Part shown: piece by piece, positions 38,876 through 48,464 of the stretch
Numbering within the stretch: the first letter of the stretch is position 1
Layout: each line of letters opens with the position of its first letter
Assembly: GCA_049513715.1 (NCBI GenBank)
Contig: JBEKVV010000003.1
Location: 32,001 to 96,000 of the forward strand
DNA length: 64,000 bases
Reading direction: 5' to 3'
Origin: Candidatus Bathyarchaeia archaeon
GTDB taxonomy: Archaea; Thermoproteota; Bathyarchaeia; 40CM-2-53-6
The notes under the pieces: generated by a model
What the model was told of the DNA's origin: nothing
The model's database searches: none
The model's input: only the letters and a program-made list of their open reading frames with translations
Program-made: the position numbers and the translations under genes

Positions 38876-39340
38876 CTACGAGGCCTTCGTAGGGTAGACT
38901 ACGACCTTACCTTCCTTATCCTTGACCGCGCGCACAGTAATCTTTCGTGGGGGCTTGTTGATGCTTCGGGCCCAAATGGCCTCGTTAATCTCGTTGCTGA
39001 TGGAGACCTCTTCTGCTTTCATGTGACGGGACACGAAGTTCCTAACGTCCCTAACGGCGCGTGGTGCTCTCCTGCCGCGTGGCGTTACGACCCAGACGTG
39101 TCGGAGGGGGATTGTGTAGACTTTCTCTTCAACGACTTCAATTTCTTCCTCTCCTTCCCCTTCTTCAGCCTCAACTTCTTCTGCGGCTGGTGGGGTTTCT
39201 ACTGATTCTTCGGCTTCTTCCTCCGGCTCTGCCGTTCCTTCTTCTGCGGAGACTTCTTCGGTTGCTGGTAGCTCCGTCTCGTCGATCTCTTCTGCTGGTT
39301 CCTCTACGGTTTCTTCTTTTTTCGTTTCAGGTTCACTCAT
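38876..39340 (-). CDS. rpl31e: 50S ribosomal protein L31e with acidic N-terminal extension
   Basis: YTIPLR, RA.RAV, NE.IWAR.I..PP.KI.V; about 68 E-rich residues in front. Confidence 0.94.
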   Translation of the reverse strand: MSEPETKKEETVEEPAEEIDETELPATEEVSAEEGTAEPEEEAEESVETPPAAEEVEAEEGEGEEEIEVVEEKVYTIPLRHVWVVTPRGRRAPRAVRDVRNFVSRHMKAEEVSISNEINEAIWARSINKPPRKITVRAVKDKEGKVVVYPTKAS

Positions 39341-39353
39341 TGCTTCATGCCTT

Positions 39354-39509
39354 CTATGCTTTCATCGTGGTTCTGCGCCATGACCTCTTCTTTGGGTGAG
39401 TTCGAGTGTGTCCTTCGGTTTTGGCGATGACCCAAGTGGGTACAGCTTTCCTAGTCTTGGACGCCCTAGCGAGTCTGCGCTTTCTTGCGGTGGGTTTGTT
39501 CCTTGCCAC
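39354..39509 (-). CDS. rpl39e: 50S ribosomal protein L39e (not in ORF track)
   Basis: Manual translation MARNKPTARKRRLARASKTRKAVPTWVIAKTEGHTRTHPKKRSWRRTTMKA; canonical position. Confidence 0.94.
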   Translation of the reverse strand: MARNKPTARKRRLARASKTRKAVPTWVIAKTEGHTRTHPKKRSWRRTTMKA

Positions 39510-39512
39510 TGG

Positions 39513-39860
39513 TCATGCTCTCCTGATTCGGATTTCTTTGCGTGACGATTGAAGTTTTGCTAGCGCATCCTTAAGCTGGTCGTCAGAAATGGGTAATTTC
39601 ACTCTTCCTGACTGGGCCAGCTGGATTAGTTGAAGTTCGACTTGGTCTGCGAATTCTGGTTTTACCATTCTTATGTTCGTCAATCTCTGCCTCGCCTCAG
39701 GGGTGAGTATCTGCTTGAGGGCAGCCTGTTTTTGAGCGTCATATTGCTTTCGAGTCTCCGCCTGCCTCTGTTCATCCATCGCGGCACGTTGAAGTTCCGA
39801 GTATCTCCTTTGCCTGATTGTGTTTAGTTCCTCGTCAGAGTACTCGTCCTCTTCACTCAT
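39513..39860 (-). CDS. PDCD5-family DNA-binding protein
   Basis: ILTPEARQRL.NI.MVKPE.A..VE.QLIQLAQSGR. Confidence 0.93.
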   Translation of the reverse strand: MSEEDEYSDEELNTIRQRRYSELQRAAMDEQRQAETRKQYDAQKQAALKQILTPEARQRLTNIRMVKPEFADQVELQLIQLAQSGRVKLPISDDQLKDALAKLQSSRKEIRIRRA

Positions 39861-39862
39861 CA

Positions 39863-40306
39863 CTACTGGCCTTCCGCCTTCTTGGCATTCTTGAGAATGT
39901 CGGCGGCCATACGATTGAGAAGGCTGATTCCTTCAGCTGTGAGTTTCCTGCCTTTCTTCGCCTCAACACCGATGAACCCCGCTTTCTGGAGTTGTTGGAG
40001 CGGCTCCCTGATGGCTGAGCCTCCAGCGGCCCGTGAGTGTTCAATGTGTGTGCCCTTGCGTAGGCGGCCTCCGTATTCGACTCTTAGGCGGGCTATTCCT
40101 ACTGGGCCGTGCAGGTACAGTTTCCGTAACAGAGAAGCGCAGCGCGTATACCACCAATCTGGGTTCGAAGGTGGGCGTTCCTTATGAGACCCTGTCTTCG
40201 CGGTCATTGCCCAAGTGGGGGGCGCCACTTCACCAACATTTTCCTTCAGGAATTTCGACAGACTGTCGATTAGCGTGTCTGAGGGAACTTCCAGTGGTGT
40301 TGGCAT
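39863..40306 (-). CDS. rps19e: 30S ribosomal protein S19e
   Basis: KTG.HKE.PP..PDWWY.R.ASLLRK.Y; start at ATG 40306. Confidence 0.96.
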   Translation of the reverse strand: MPTPLEVPSDTLIDSLSKFLKENVGEVAPPTWAMTAKTGSHKERPPSNPDWWYTRCASLLRKLYLHGPVGIARLRVEYGGRLRKGTHIEHSRAAGGSAIREPLQQLQKAGFIGVEAKKGRKLTAEGISLLNRMAADILKNAKKAEGQ

Positions 40307-40368
40307 CGAATTTCCATCCGGTAGATGAGTCTTCAGGTTAGAATCGGAGAGGCCCATATAAGGTTAGT

Positions 40369-40677
40369 TTAGCGCCGAACACGATTCGCAGTCAAGCTTG
40401 AAATCTTTTTCTTAACTGTGGCCAATTCTCGCTTCTTGTAGAGCGAAAAGGTGTGACCCATTACTTCTACAAGTGTTGCCCCAGTCGACGCAGCCACATT
40501 CTTAGCCAAATCATCAGTGTGAGTTTCTTCTAACGCTGATCTTTGAACTTTGACCTTCACTAGCTCTCGGGCCTTAAGCTGACTTCGCACGTGGTTCAAG
40601 AGGTCCTCTGTCGTTCCTTCCTTCCCGATCCATATTGTAGCGTCGGTATGGCGGGACCGTACCTGAAGTGATCTCAT
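40369..40677 (-). CDS. YhbY/CRM RNA-binding protein
   Basis: IWIGKEG, ELVKVK, V.V.GHT..LYK; start at ATG overlapping the rnp4 stop. Confidence 0.9.
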   Translation of the reverse strand: MRSLQVRSRHTDATIWIGKEGTTEDLLNHVRSQLKARELVKVKVQRSALEETHTDDLAKNVAASTGATLVEVMGHTFSLYKKRELATVKKKISSLTANRVRR

Positions 40678-41012
40678 GCGTTTCTTTTCGAAAGCCGTTC
40701 CCTCACTGTTGGGTATCGCTTCTTGGTTCCACATTCCAGGCAGGTGATTAATACCGTTGTCCCAAACTCGGTTCTTGTTCTTACGCGGCAATTAACGCCT
40801 GGAACGAGGAGGCTGCCGCAGCTCTTGCACAGGAATATCTTCTCCTCTTTAGGTATTCGAACTCCAGCCTTCATGCCGACGTATCGCGCAATCTCAACGT
40901 AACGCTTTGCCAAGTGCCGGTCCTTGGAGAACGCATCTTTGGCAAGCCCGAGCAGAATTTGGATTCGCTCACGGGCGATTTCTTTGGTGTTTCCGCTTCT
41001 TCTCCAAGCCAA
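40674..41012 (-). CDS. rnp4: Ribonuclease P protein component 4 (Rpp21)
   Basis: IARERI..L, A.RYV, CKSC..LL.PG.N..VR, CLECG..KRYP. Confidence 0.93.
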   Translation of the reverse strand: MAWRRSGNTKEIARERIQILLGLAKDAFSKDRHLAKRYVEIARYVGMKAGVRIPKEEKIFLCKSCGSLLVPGVNCRVRTRTEFGTTVLITCLECGTKKRYPTVRERLSKRNA

Positions 41013-41102
41013 AGAACCGACCGCGGCAGTATCACTCTGCTCCACTTGTAACCTTTTTTGTAACATGAGACTAGGAGCGTGAAGAAGAAGGGTTATTGCG
41101 GT

Positions 41103-41831
41103 TTGGTACTCACCTTGGTTTTTGCCGAGTCAGCGCTTCAACTCATTCCCAAGGGGATCCAATCGCATCCTCAAATTGTGCAGTATGCGAAGCGACGGCA
41201 GAAAACCCCACCTGAAGTTCTGTTGGACAGAGCGTTTCACCACGCAGCAATGCAGCGTATACCTCGGTCCAATCGTTCCTTCCCACCGGAGACAATGGGG
41301 AGGCCTGACATCGTCCACACAAGTCTCCTTCAAGTGCTCGAGACACCTCTGAACTGGGAAGGCAAGCTTCGGGTCTTTGTTCATACACAGGACGACCAAG
41401 TGATTTCCATCAATCCTGAGATCCGACTTCCCAAGAACTACACACGGTTCGTAGGATTAATTGAGCAGTTATTCAGTGAAGGGCAAGTTCCGAAAACGGG
41501 CGAGGCTCTACTGAGCGTCGAAAAGATGCCGCTACATGGTTTGCTTAAGAAACTCAATCCTTCAAAGATTATCGCGTTCAGCATTTTGGGTAAACCCGCG
41601 TTGATGCGCGAGGTAGCAGATTCAGTATGCAAACTCAGAGAACCGTTGGCAATGATCGGCGGCTTCCCGCGCGGACATTTTACCGAATCAACCCGCAAGC
41701 AATCTCAGGCCCTGGTTAGTGTTGACCCTCAATCCTTGGACGCGTGGGTCGTTGCCGGGCGTTTTGTTTATGACTTTGAATGGTCCTTAGGGCTCGCAGA
41801 GGATAGAATAAAACAATCTCAGCACAGGTGA
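41103..41831 (+). CDS. nep1: 16S rRNA pseudouridine methyltransferase Nep1/Emg1
   Basis: AESAL..IP, LLD..FHH.AM, GRPDIVH, R.PKNY.RF.GL.EQL, IGGFPRG. Confidence 0.94.
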   Translation: MVLTLVFAESALQLIPKGIQSHPQIVQYAKRRQKTPPEVLLDRAFHHAAMQRIPRSNRSFPPETMGRPDIVHTSLLQVLETPLNWEGKLRVFVHTQDDQVISINPEIRLPKNYTRFVGLIEQLFSEGQVPKTGEALLSVEKMPLHGLLKKLNPSKIIAFSILGKPALMREVADSVCKLREPLAMIGGFPRGHFTESTRKQSQALVSVDPQSLDAWVVAGRFVYDFEWSLGLAEDRIKQSQHR

Positions 41832-41837
41832 TTGCAC

Positions 41838-42215
41838 ATGAGCGACGTAGAACTTGATAGAATCAAACGTCAGCGGTTAGTGGAGATGCAGAGAAAAATC
41901 GCTGCCAAACAACAGCAGGAGCAAACAAACACCGCGAAGCCCACTGAACCGGCGAAGGTTCTGCAGAAAGTGTTCGTGGGTCGGGCTTGGGAAGTTTACC
42001 ACGCGGCAAGACAACAGTACCCTCAGGTTGCTGACCAAATCTTCCGGGAACTTGCTGAGCTCGTTCAATCGGGACGTATCAGAGGGCCGATTACAGGAGA
42101 GCAGTTGTATGGGTTACTTCGCCAAATCGGGTTAGATGTTAGGCTCGAAACGAAGATTCAGGTTCTGGAGCACGGCGAGTTGAAGTCAGTCGCGGATAAG
42201 TTCCGCGGCAATTAA
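41838..42215 (+). CDS. Second, divergent PDCD5-like protein
   Basis: D.EL..IK..RL.EM, RA.EV...A..QYP, G..LY.L.R..G..VRLETKI. Confidence 0.8.
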   Translation: MSDVELDRIKRQRLVEMQRKIAAKQQQEQTNTAKPTEPAKVLQKVFVGRAWEVYHAARQQYPQVADQIFRELAELVQSGRIRGPITGEQLYGLLRQIGLDVRLETKIQVLEHGELKSVADKFRGN

Positions 42216-42408
42216 GGCAAAGCACCTTTGGGCAAGCTCTCGGTTTCGTGCGGTTGACCATCGCCGGGGTCCACGTACAGTTTTTCGCATTTTTCGCAAC
42301 TCCATGCCTCGTAATCCTTCAAATGCGATGGAGCAGCGCTCTCCAACCGAACCTCTACGATATACCTGCCCATGAAATTCATGGGCAATTTGCATTCGGG
42401 CACTTCAT
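42212..42408 (-). pseudogene. Frameshifted zinc-ribbon gene (expected MKCPEC...CEKC)
   Basis: ATG AAG TGC CC GAA TGC is one base short of MKCPEC; AGGGTGA SD-like motif upstream. Confidence 0.55.
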
Positions 42409-42710
42409 CTCATTCACCCTGAGAACCTGAGAGCATGAACTCTTTGATGCTACCTGAGATCTCTATTAGATTGTGATTTTAGGCACGAGAGTATGTCAAT
42501 ACATCATTGAAATCTCTTACTGGTTGAAGCATGAATCATAAGCGCGCGACCGTGATACGGTGAAATTGGCGGCGATTATTGAGCGATATTGACATTTGTC
42601 AGTTGCCTTCGACGCTGAGGAATTCATCCAACCTTTCGAAGATCCAATTTCCTTAGAAAAAATGGTTGGAGGGCCCTCGCCCTCCATCATGCTTCAACCT
42701 TTTCCTTGTC

Positions 42711-43646
42711 TTAGTCGTGTAAGCTGGCGGGTGAGTCATGTTCAGATCGCGTTAAGTTTGTGGGTCCTTGCGTTGTTGTTACTGTGGGCTGGATGTTTGT
42801 TGAATTCAATGGAGTAGTTGTAGCCAAAGTTTGGTTTGTTCCTGTGTTCGTTATTGTGGTTGTTGCCGCGGTCACAAGGGTTGAGTTTGTCGACTGGAGT
42901 GTTTCGGTGACTGTTGACGTGGCTTTGGTGGTTATGGTGCTGTTCGTGGTTGAGGAGAAGAGTAGGTCACTACTCGTGGTGCTCGTGGTTTCGTTCGCTA
43001 CGTTGGTTGAAGGGGTGGTAATCAGGCTGCTGGTTGTACTTAACACGGTTTCACTCGTTGTTGCGTTCTCAACGCTGCTAATTGTCTGAACTTGAGTTGA
43101 GGGATCAGAGCTGTTTGTGGTCGTGTTCTGAGATTGGATCTCTGATTCTGTCTGAGGTTGGGTAACAATTGCTGTCTGAGTTGTGGTTGTAACTTGTCCG
43201 GTGAGGAGGAGGGTGTAGAGAGGGGCTAGTTTGTTGTCGGGCGAGTTGAAGATGAGGTTGCTACCTTGCATGGTGCCGTGAAGTTCGAGTTGGAAATCCG
43301 TGTTGTTAGTGTTGGCGCTCGCATCAATTTGCACCTCGCCTTGATCACCGACCTCTCCGAGGCCGTTTGATATTGTGTAGTTTTCGGAACCAATATTCAA
43401 GCTGCCCGTGAGGTTTTGGAACTGGATATGACTGCCCCCGTACGAGACCACTATCCCAGTGAGGTTCATGTTGACCGAAGCGGGGTTTCCTTGTTTGGTT
43501 TCGTTGCCCATTAGGCTGGCTTGGCCAATTGCTGTGATGGTTACTGTGCCGGTTTGGAATTGATCTGCTTTGGCGATTGGTTGGAGCGTTAGAATTACCA
43601 TGGTGAGCAGGATTGTTAGGAGCAAGTGTCTGGTCTGGATTTTCAT
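42711..43646 (-). CDS. Secreted protein with beta-rich domain and long Ser/Thr-rich tail
   Basis: Signal peptide MKIQTRHLLL...AKA, many NxS/T sequons, no C-terminal TM. Confidence 0.75.
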   Translation of the reverse strand: MKIQTRHLLLTILLTMVILTLQPIAKADQFQTGTVTITAIGQASLMGNETKQGNPASVNMNLTGIVVSYGGSHIQFQNLTGSLNIGSENYTISNGLGEVGDQGEVQIDASANTNNTDFQLELHGTMQGSNLIFNSPDNKLAPLYTLLLTGQVTTTTQTAIVTQPQTESEIQSQNTTTNSSDPSTQVQTISSVENATTSETVLSTTSSLITTPSTNVANETTSTTSSDLLFSSTTNSTITTKATSTVTETLQSTNSTLVTAATTTITNTGTNQTLATTTPLNSTNIQPTVTTTQGPTNLTRSEHDSPASLHD

Positions 43647-44205
43647 CGTTTCCACTTTTTTCTGTGCCGCTATTGACATACAGTGGGGTATATCAATGTT
43701 CTCCACATAGAACGTCATTGTTCCATATGGATTTCGAGACCCCTGATGGAAGAAAAGTCGCGGACAAATGACTGTCGCACTGTTACGAGCAATGAAATGA
43801 ATACGCATCAGGAAGAAGATTCACCGACCAGACCAACGTTTGGTTGGATTCTCGTTTGTGAAACTCAAAGTAGGCGACTGCGAGATTCCGGAACGATGCA
43901 ACTGACACAAATTCGTTTTTTCTCAAACCAAAATCTCCCTTCAAAGTTTCGCCGCCACATACTACGGTGGTTTATAAGCCTCGGCATATTTCGAAGACAC
44001 GAATCAAATCGGCTCTGATCCTTTTCCACGCCAGTCATTGGAACGGACTTCGACAAGCGGATTCCGTCAACACTTTCGTTCTAGGCACGAATTGCTTTCG
44101 AAGAGCGATTACAGATAAGGTGCAATCGCGATAACGAATCAGCGGCTCGCTCATGTTGAGCAACTGTTCACGAAGAGCGAATCAGGAAGCGGGATTGAAG
44201 ATATA

Positions 44206-44841
44206 GTGAGTATGATGCAAGCAAATCGTTTGTTGCCTTTGCTTACGGATTCGATCTTCATCGTACTCGCCCTTTATTTCGTGGTAACTTACACGCGTTC
44301 ACTGTGGATACCTCTGCAACAGCAAACGTTGCTTTTCTTGGTCCGTCAGACCTTCTTCTTGATTGTTCAGCTTATGGCGCTGGCTCTCTTTCTGGTAAGA
44401 AAGAGTGCGGTAAATTTCTCGTCGAAGATTGGTGATTATGTTTGGACTCTACTAGCGTTGGGTTTGCCGATGCTCCTTCGGCCAGTTCTTGGGTTTGCTC
44501 CTTCGATTGTCAGTTTTTCTCTGGAACTGATCGGGATAGTTCTGGTGCTGGGGGCGTTTTTGTCCCTGAATAGGAGTTTCGGTATTGCGCCTGAGAATCG
44601 GGGAATCAAAACGAAGGGCGTGTACCGTATCGTGCGTCACCCGATGTATTCGGGCTACCTTCTCACGGAAACCGGTTTCGTCCTCAGTAATTTCTCGCTC
44701 TACAACGTTCTCATTTTAGCGGCGGCTGCACTTTTTCTAGTACTAAGGCTAATGGCGGAGGAACGGTTCCTGAAAGAAGACCCAGCATACCTAACGTATG
44801 CTCATAAGACTCCTTGGAAGCTACTTCCCTTTATCTTCTGA
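44206..44841 (+). CDS. Isoprenylcysteine carboxyl methyltransferase/PEMT family membrane protein
   Basis: L.RSF...P....I.T.G.Y..VRHPMYSG, R...EERFL. Confidence 0.88.
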   Translation: MSMMQANRLLPLLTDSIFIVLALYFVVTYTRSLWIPLQQQTLLFLVRQTFFLIVQLMALALFLVRKSAVNFSSKIGDYVWTLLALGLPMLLRPVLGFAPSIVSFSLELIGIVLVLGAFLSLNRSFGIAPENRGIKTKGVYRIVRHPMYSGYLLTETGFVLSNFSLYNVLILAAAALFLVLRLMAEERFLKEDPAYLTYAHKTPWKLLPFIF

Positions 44842-44891
44842 AATGTGCTTCGATCCATCAATTGAAACTCAACTGGATCCGGTCGTAGTCA

Positions 44892-45668
44892 TCATTGTGG
44901 GATTGAAGCAGCAGGCTCCGCCGGTGAGGCGTATGCTAGGTTTTGGATGTAGATATCGCCTAACATGCAGATTTTGGGCGTGTAGAATGAGTTGCAATAC
45001 CAAGATGAAGGGATCACCAGCATCCCCGTTACGTTCGATACGTACGTGCCGTTCGGCGCGTTTGTCGAGAACGGGCTGCCGTCGGCGTTGAGGAGCCTGT
45101 AATACCGCGGTGGAGGATAGCAGGCCATTGAACCGGTGCAACCGACGCCGGGCGGAACGTAAAGGTATGTTAGAAGGAATGAAGGCGAACCGCACCGCGG
45201 GGAACATTGTGGGTTTTCCACTACTTCATAGATGTACCCGCTAGTTGTAATCGTCATGCCGCTGATTGTGGTTGACTGCTGCGTGGAACCGCTGATTACT
45301 GTTGCGCTTGTCTCAGTCGCGGTACCACTACCGTAACTAACGGATGCTGACATGATGGAAATCGAAACCACTCGGACTGCTGCCTTGCCCTGCATACAAT
45401 AGCTCGCTGCCTTACTGTCCAAGTAGCCGACCACCGTGACTTTGGTGCCAACAGGAGGATAATTAGACCAACCAATCAGGAGATATTGCGTTCCTCCCTC
45501 AGTGCGAAGGAGCATGCAGCCAGCCTCGACTCCTGACTCTAAAGTTCCTGTTACTGTAATAGAATTCGAATCGTTGTTGAGGAAAGAGACTGCGGAGGCG
45601 AAGTACAGACCAGCAATCAAACCCGAGAAGACGACAAGAACGGAAACAATCGCGGTCCGCCTATTCAA
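44892..45668 (-). CDS. N-terminally anchored Cys-rich surface protein
   Basis: N-terminal TM, GVEAGC.LL...G..Y.L...VTV.G..SYCMQG module, S/T linker, paired Cys. Confidence 0.7.
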   Translation of the reverse strand: MNRRTAIVSVLVVFSGLIAGLYFASAVSFLNNDSNSITVTGTLESGVEAGCMLLRTEGGTQYLLIGWSNYPPVGTKVTVVGYLDSKAASYCMQGKAAVRVVSISIMSASVSYGSGTATETSATVISGSTQQSTTISGMTITTSGYIYEVVENPQCSPRCGSPSFLLTYLYVPPGVGCTGSMACYPPPRYYRLLNADGSPFSTNAPNGTYVSNVTGMLVIPSSWYCNSFYTPKICMLGDIYIQNLAYASPAEPAASIPQ

Positions 45669-45948
45669 AGCTCATCCAGCATGGAAAGAGAGTGCACTGT
45701 GACGATAAATCTAGAGATTAGAACGGATCCATGTGTGGAACTCAGAAGATTAACCGTCAGATATGACTAATCTTTGAACCCCTCAGGAACCCCACTGCCA
45801 CGAAGGTATTCCAGTAAGCAATCAGAAGTAGTGATATGAGCTGTAAATCCCTCAGCCAAAATGCCTCACTGCGGAAGAGAAATCGAAAATGTGTTTACTG
45901 CAACCTTAGTGGGATTCGTTTGAGCTCCTAACCCTAAAGAAGACCAAC

Positions 45949-47829
45949 ATGCCCCTACGAATCTTCCAGCGAGAAGGAGGACAGAAGCAATTGACAACGG
46001 ACATGAACATGGCCTGGCTTGTAGACGCCTCATATCGAGGAGGACAAGTGAATCTCAAGCTCATTCGGACAACTGATCTCGAACCTATTCAGTGGAGCGA
46101 TTCCAACTTCAAACCTTACTACCTAACTTATGATGAGCAGTACGGTGAACCTGTCAAGAAACTCAACCTTTTTGCAGGCAACGAAGTGAAACTTCAGAAG
46201 GTCTCCTACTATGAGAGACCGCCAAAGAATACCCAAGGCTGGGAGTTGGACATCGACCCGGCGCTCAGTTACGTTTACGATAGAGGACTTGTCTTCGGCG
46301 TTCCGCATTGTTTTGAGAACGGTGCTTGGTTGCCGCAAATTTCCATAGCCGACGAGCAGCTTACTCGATTTGAAGAGCTCTTCGGGGAAATCAAAGCTAA
46401 GGATCCTTTGAAGTTCGCTTTGGTGAAGGAGGCGTACGCTTATGCGGCGCAACCGGTTCCGCGAATCAAGCCGGAAAATCTTGGCCTTTCGGGTGGTTCT
46501 GAGGAGGATTACTACAACGCTTTCCTACTGAGCCGTATCGCGAACCTGCCAGTATCCAAAACCTACAGAAACTACTCCGTCTCCGAATGGATTCGCTCAA
46601 TGCTCTACACCTACTATCGAGCCCACAACATTCTCATTCCGACCCCTGAAGAGCTGAAACTTGGCGATACAAGGAAATACGTAACGGGCGCGCTCACGAT
46701 TGCCCCCGAGTCAGGGACCTATTTCAACATGTACGTGCTCGACTTCGAGTCCCTCTACCCAGGCTGCATTGACACTTTCAACCTTTCCTACGAAACTGTA
46801 CGGTGCCTCCACTCTGAATGCCAACGGAACCTAGTTCCGGGTCTAGATTACAATATCTGCACTAGGCGACGTGGAATCTACTCCGCCCTCACAGGAGCCC
46901 TACGCGACCTTCGCTTACGAGTCTTCAAACCTCTCACCAAAGCGAACCCGTCAAGTACAGACAAGAACATGGCCGCAGCCTCTCGCATTCTCAAACTGTT
47001 CCTAGTCTCATGTTTCGGAGTGACCGTTCGAATCAAAGGTCTAGCAAGCCCTCTTCTAGGTGAGGCGATCACAGCGTACGGACGTTACGTTTTGCAGTCG
47101 ACGTGGGATATGGCCAAGGACGCAGACCTCAAACCAAAGTACGGCGACACTGACTCGGTTTTTCTTGACAACCCGCTGGAGCAAGATGTGAGACAATTCA
47201 TCCAGGCGGTTAAGAACCGGTTCGACCTGCAATTGGCGTTTGACCGCGTTTACTCGGTTTGCGTTCTAAGTGCTGCCAAGAAAGCATACTTCGGCATCCT
47301 ACCAAACGGAGAGCCCGAAATCAAAGGGTTGTCGATTGCGAAATCCAACTCCCCCAGATTCTTCCAACGAACATTCCAAAACTGCCTCAACAGACTCTCC
47401 AAAGGGCGCCGCTCCGCCAGCGACTTTGAGTTAGCTAAGAAGCAACTGCCCGACGTGGTTGGGGGGGCGATTCACGAACTTCGAAACGGGAGTGTCGACT
47501 TGTCGGACCTTGAGTACCGAGTCGAACTGCGAGATGACCCACAAGAGAAAGCGCGATCGAAGACACTTCCGCAACCGTACCAAGCGGCCTGGCTTCTTTC
47601 AAAGGAAGGAAAGAAAATCTCCAGGGGAGAGGTTGTGGGTTTCGTTAAGGTTAGACCTTTCAAGGTTCAAGGAAGGCAGTATACCGTAAAACCGACTACA
47701 CAAACAGACCCGAGAGAGATCAATGTGAACGACTATGTTCGAAACCTCATCTCTTCGCTGTCCCAAACCTTCGAGCCCATGGGACTCAGCCTCGACATGC
47801 CCGAAACCAGCCTTTCGCGATTCCTGTAA
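45949..47829 (+). CDS. Family B DNA polymerase, PolB1-like, lacking the 3'-5' exonuclease domain
   Basis: DFESLYP, NLSYETVRC.H..C, LRDLR, YGDTDS, KKAY.G, IKGL; only about 245 aa before the polymerase core. Confidence 0.88.
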   Translation: MPLRIFQREGGQKQLTTDMNMAWLVDASYRGGQVNLKLIRTTDLEPIQWSDSNFKPYYLTYDEQYGEPVKKLNLFAGNEVKLQKVSYYERPPKNTQGWELDIDPALSYVYDRGLVFGVPHCFENGAWLPQISIADEQLTRFEELFGEIKAKDPLKFALVKEAYAYAAQPVPRIKPENLGLSGGSEEDYYNAFLLSRIANLPVSKTYRNYSVSEWIRSMLYTYYRAHNILIPTPEELKLGDTRKYVTGALTIAPESGTYFNMYVLDFESLYPGCIDTFNLSYETVRCLHSECQRNLVPGLDYNICTRRRGIYSALTGALRDLRLRVFKPLTKANPSSTDKNMAAASRILKLFLVSCFGVTVRIKGLASPLLGEAITAYGRYVLQSTWDMAKDADLKPKYGDTDSVFLDNPLEQDVRQFIQAVKNRFDLQLAFDRVYSVCVLSAAKKAYFGILPNGEPEIKGLSIAKSNSPRFFQRTFQNCLNRLSKGRRSASDFELAKKQLPDVVGGAIHELRNGSVDLSDLEYRVELRDDPQEKARSKTLPQPYQAAWLLSKEGKKISRGEVVGFVKVRPFKVQGRQYTVKPTTQTDPREINVNDYVRNLISSLSQTFEPMGLSLDMPETSLSRFL

Positions 47830-48289
47830 CTGCCATCTTGCTTTGAGTGTGTCCGCCCTTGTCAGCGTGTATGCCGCCCTCTCATGGGTGGCTGCCGCCC
47901 ACCCCCCCTTGTTACGGTGCGGGGCACGTGTTCATGGGTGCGGGAGGCTCGTGGAGCATGCCTGACGCTTTCGTTTAGTAATGGGCCACAAAACTGCCCT
48001 ACAGCCCCCCACCCCACACCTAACAATAATAGAAAAGGTGGGCCACACCTGAGAGTGGGTGTACTCCACCCGCGAGGGAGTGGACCCCACCCAATGCCTC
48101 GCCAGTCCAAGAGAATACGTCTGTCCAAGCTGTGCATTTCCGATGCATAACCCGTGATATTCTTCGCATGTATCGCGCGAACCAAGCTTCTAGGAGACAA
48201 GAGCTTCCGCGCGTAGCTTGCATAGCGCGGCGGTTGCGGAAGCCAGCGCCGTGGAGGGTCATTTTTGGATACTTCCTAACAGGAAGGCG

Positions 48290-48352
48290 GTTTTGTGTGG
48301 TTCTTGTGTGTGCACGCAAACGAGAACAAGAAACTCGACGGTTCAAATCTCA
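48290..48352 (+). repeat. Degenerate copy of the tRNA-end-derived site
   Basis: TTCTTGTGTGTGC...ACAAGAAAC followed by GACGGTTCAAATC, as at 52050-52090. Confidence 0.5.
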
Positions 48353-48464
48353 CTTGTCCCCTGTTTCGTCGGGTTTGATGCCTATTTCTGACCTCAGTTC
48401 GTTCCATTTGGTTTTCGCCTTCGACCAAAGCATTATCTCATTTGCTGATTGTTATCCAGTTCGA

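Noticed and set aside
43783..43926. 47-aa minus-strand ORF after a CTTATAAA box
   Set aside because: Plausible, but no recognisable motif; support is too weak to call.
48132..48464. N-terminal 111 aa of the 377-aa ORF
   Set aside because: It translates repeat-containing intergenic DNA; the NTase fold starts near ATG 48465.
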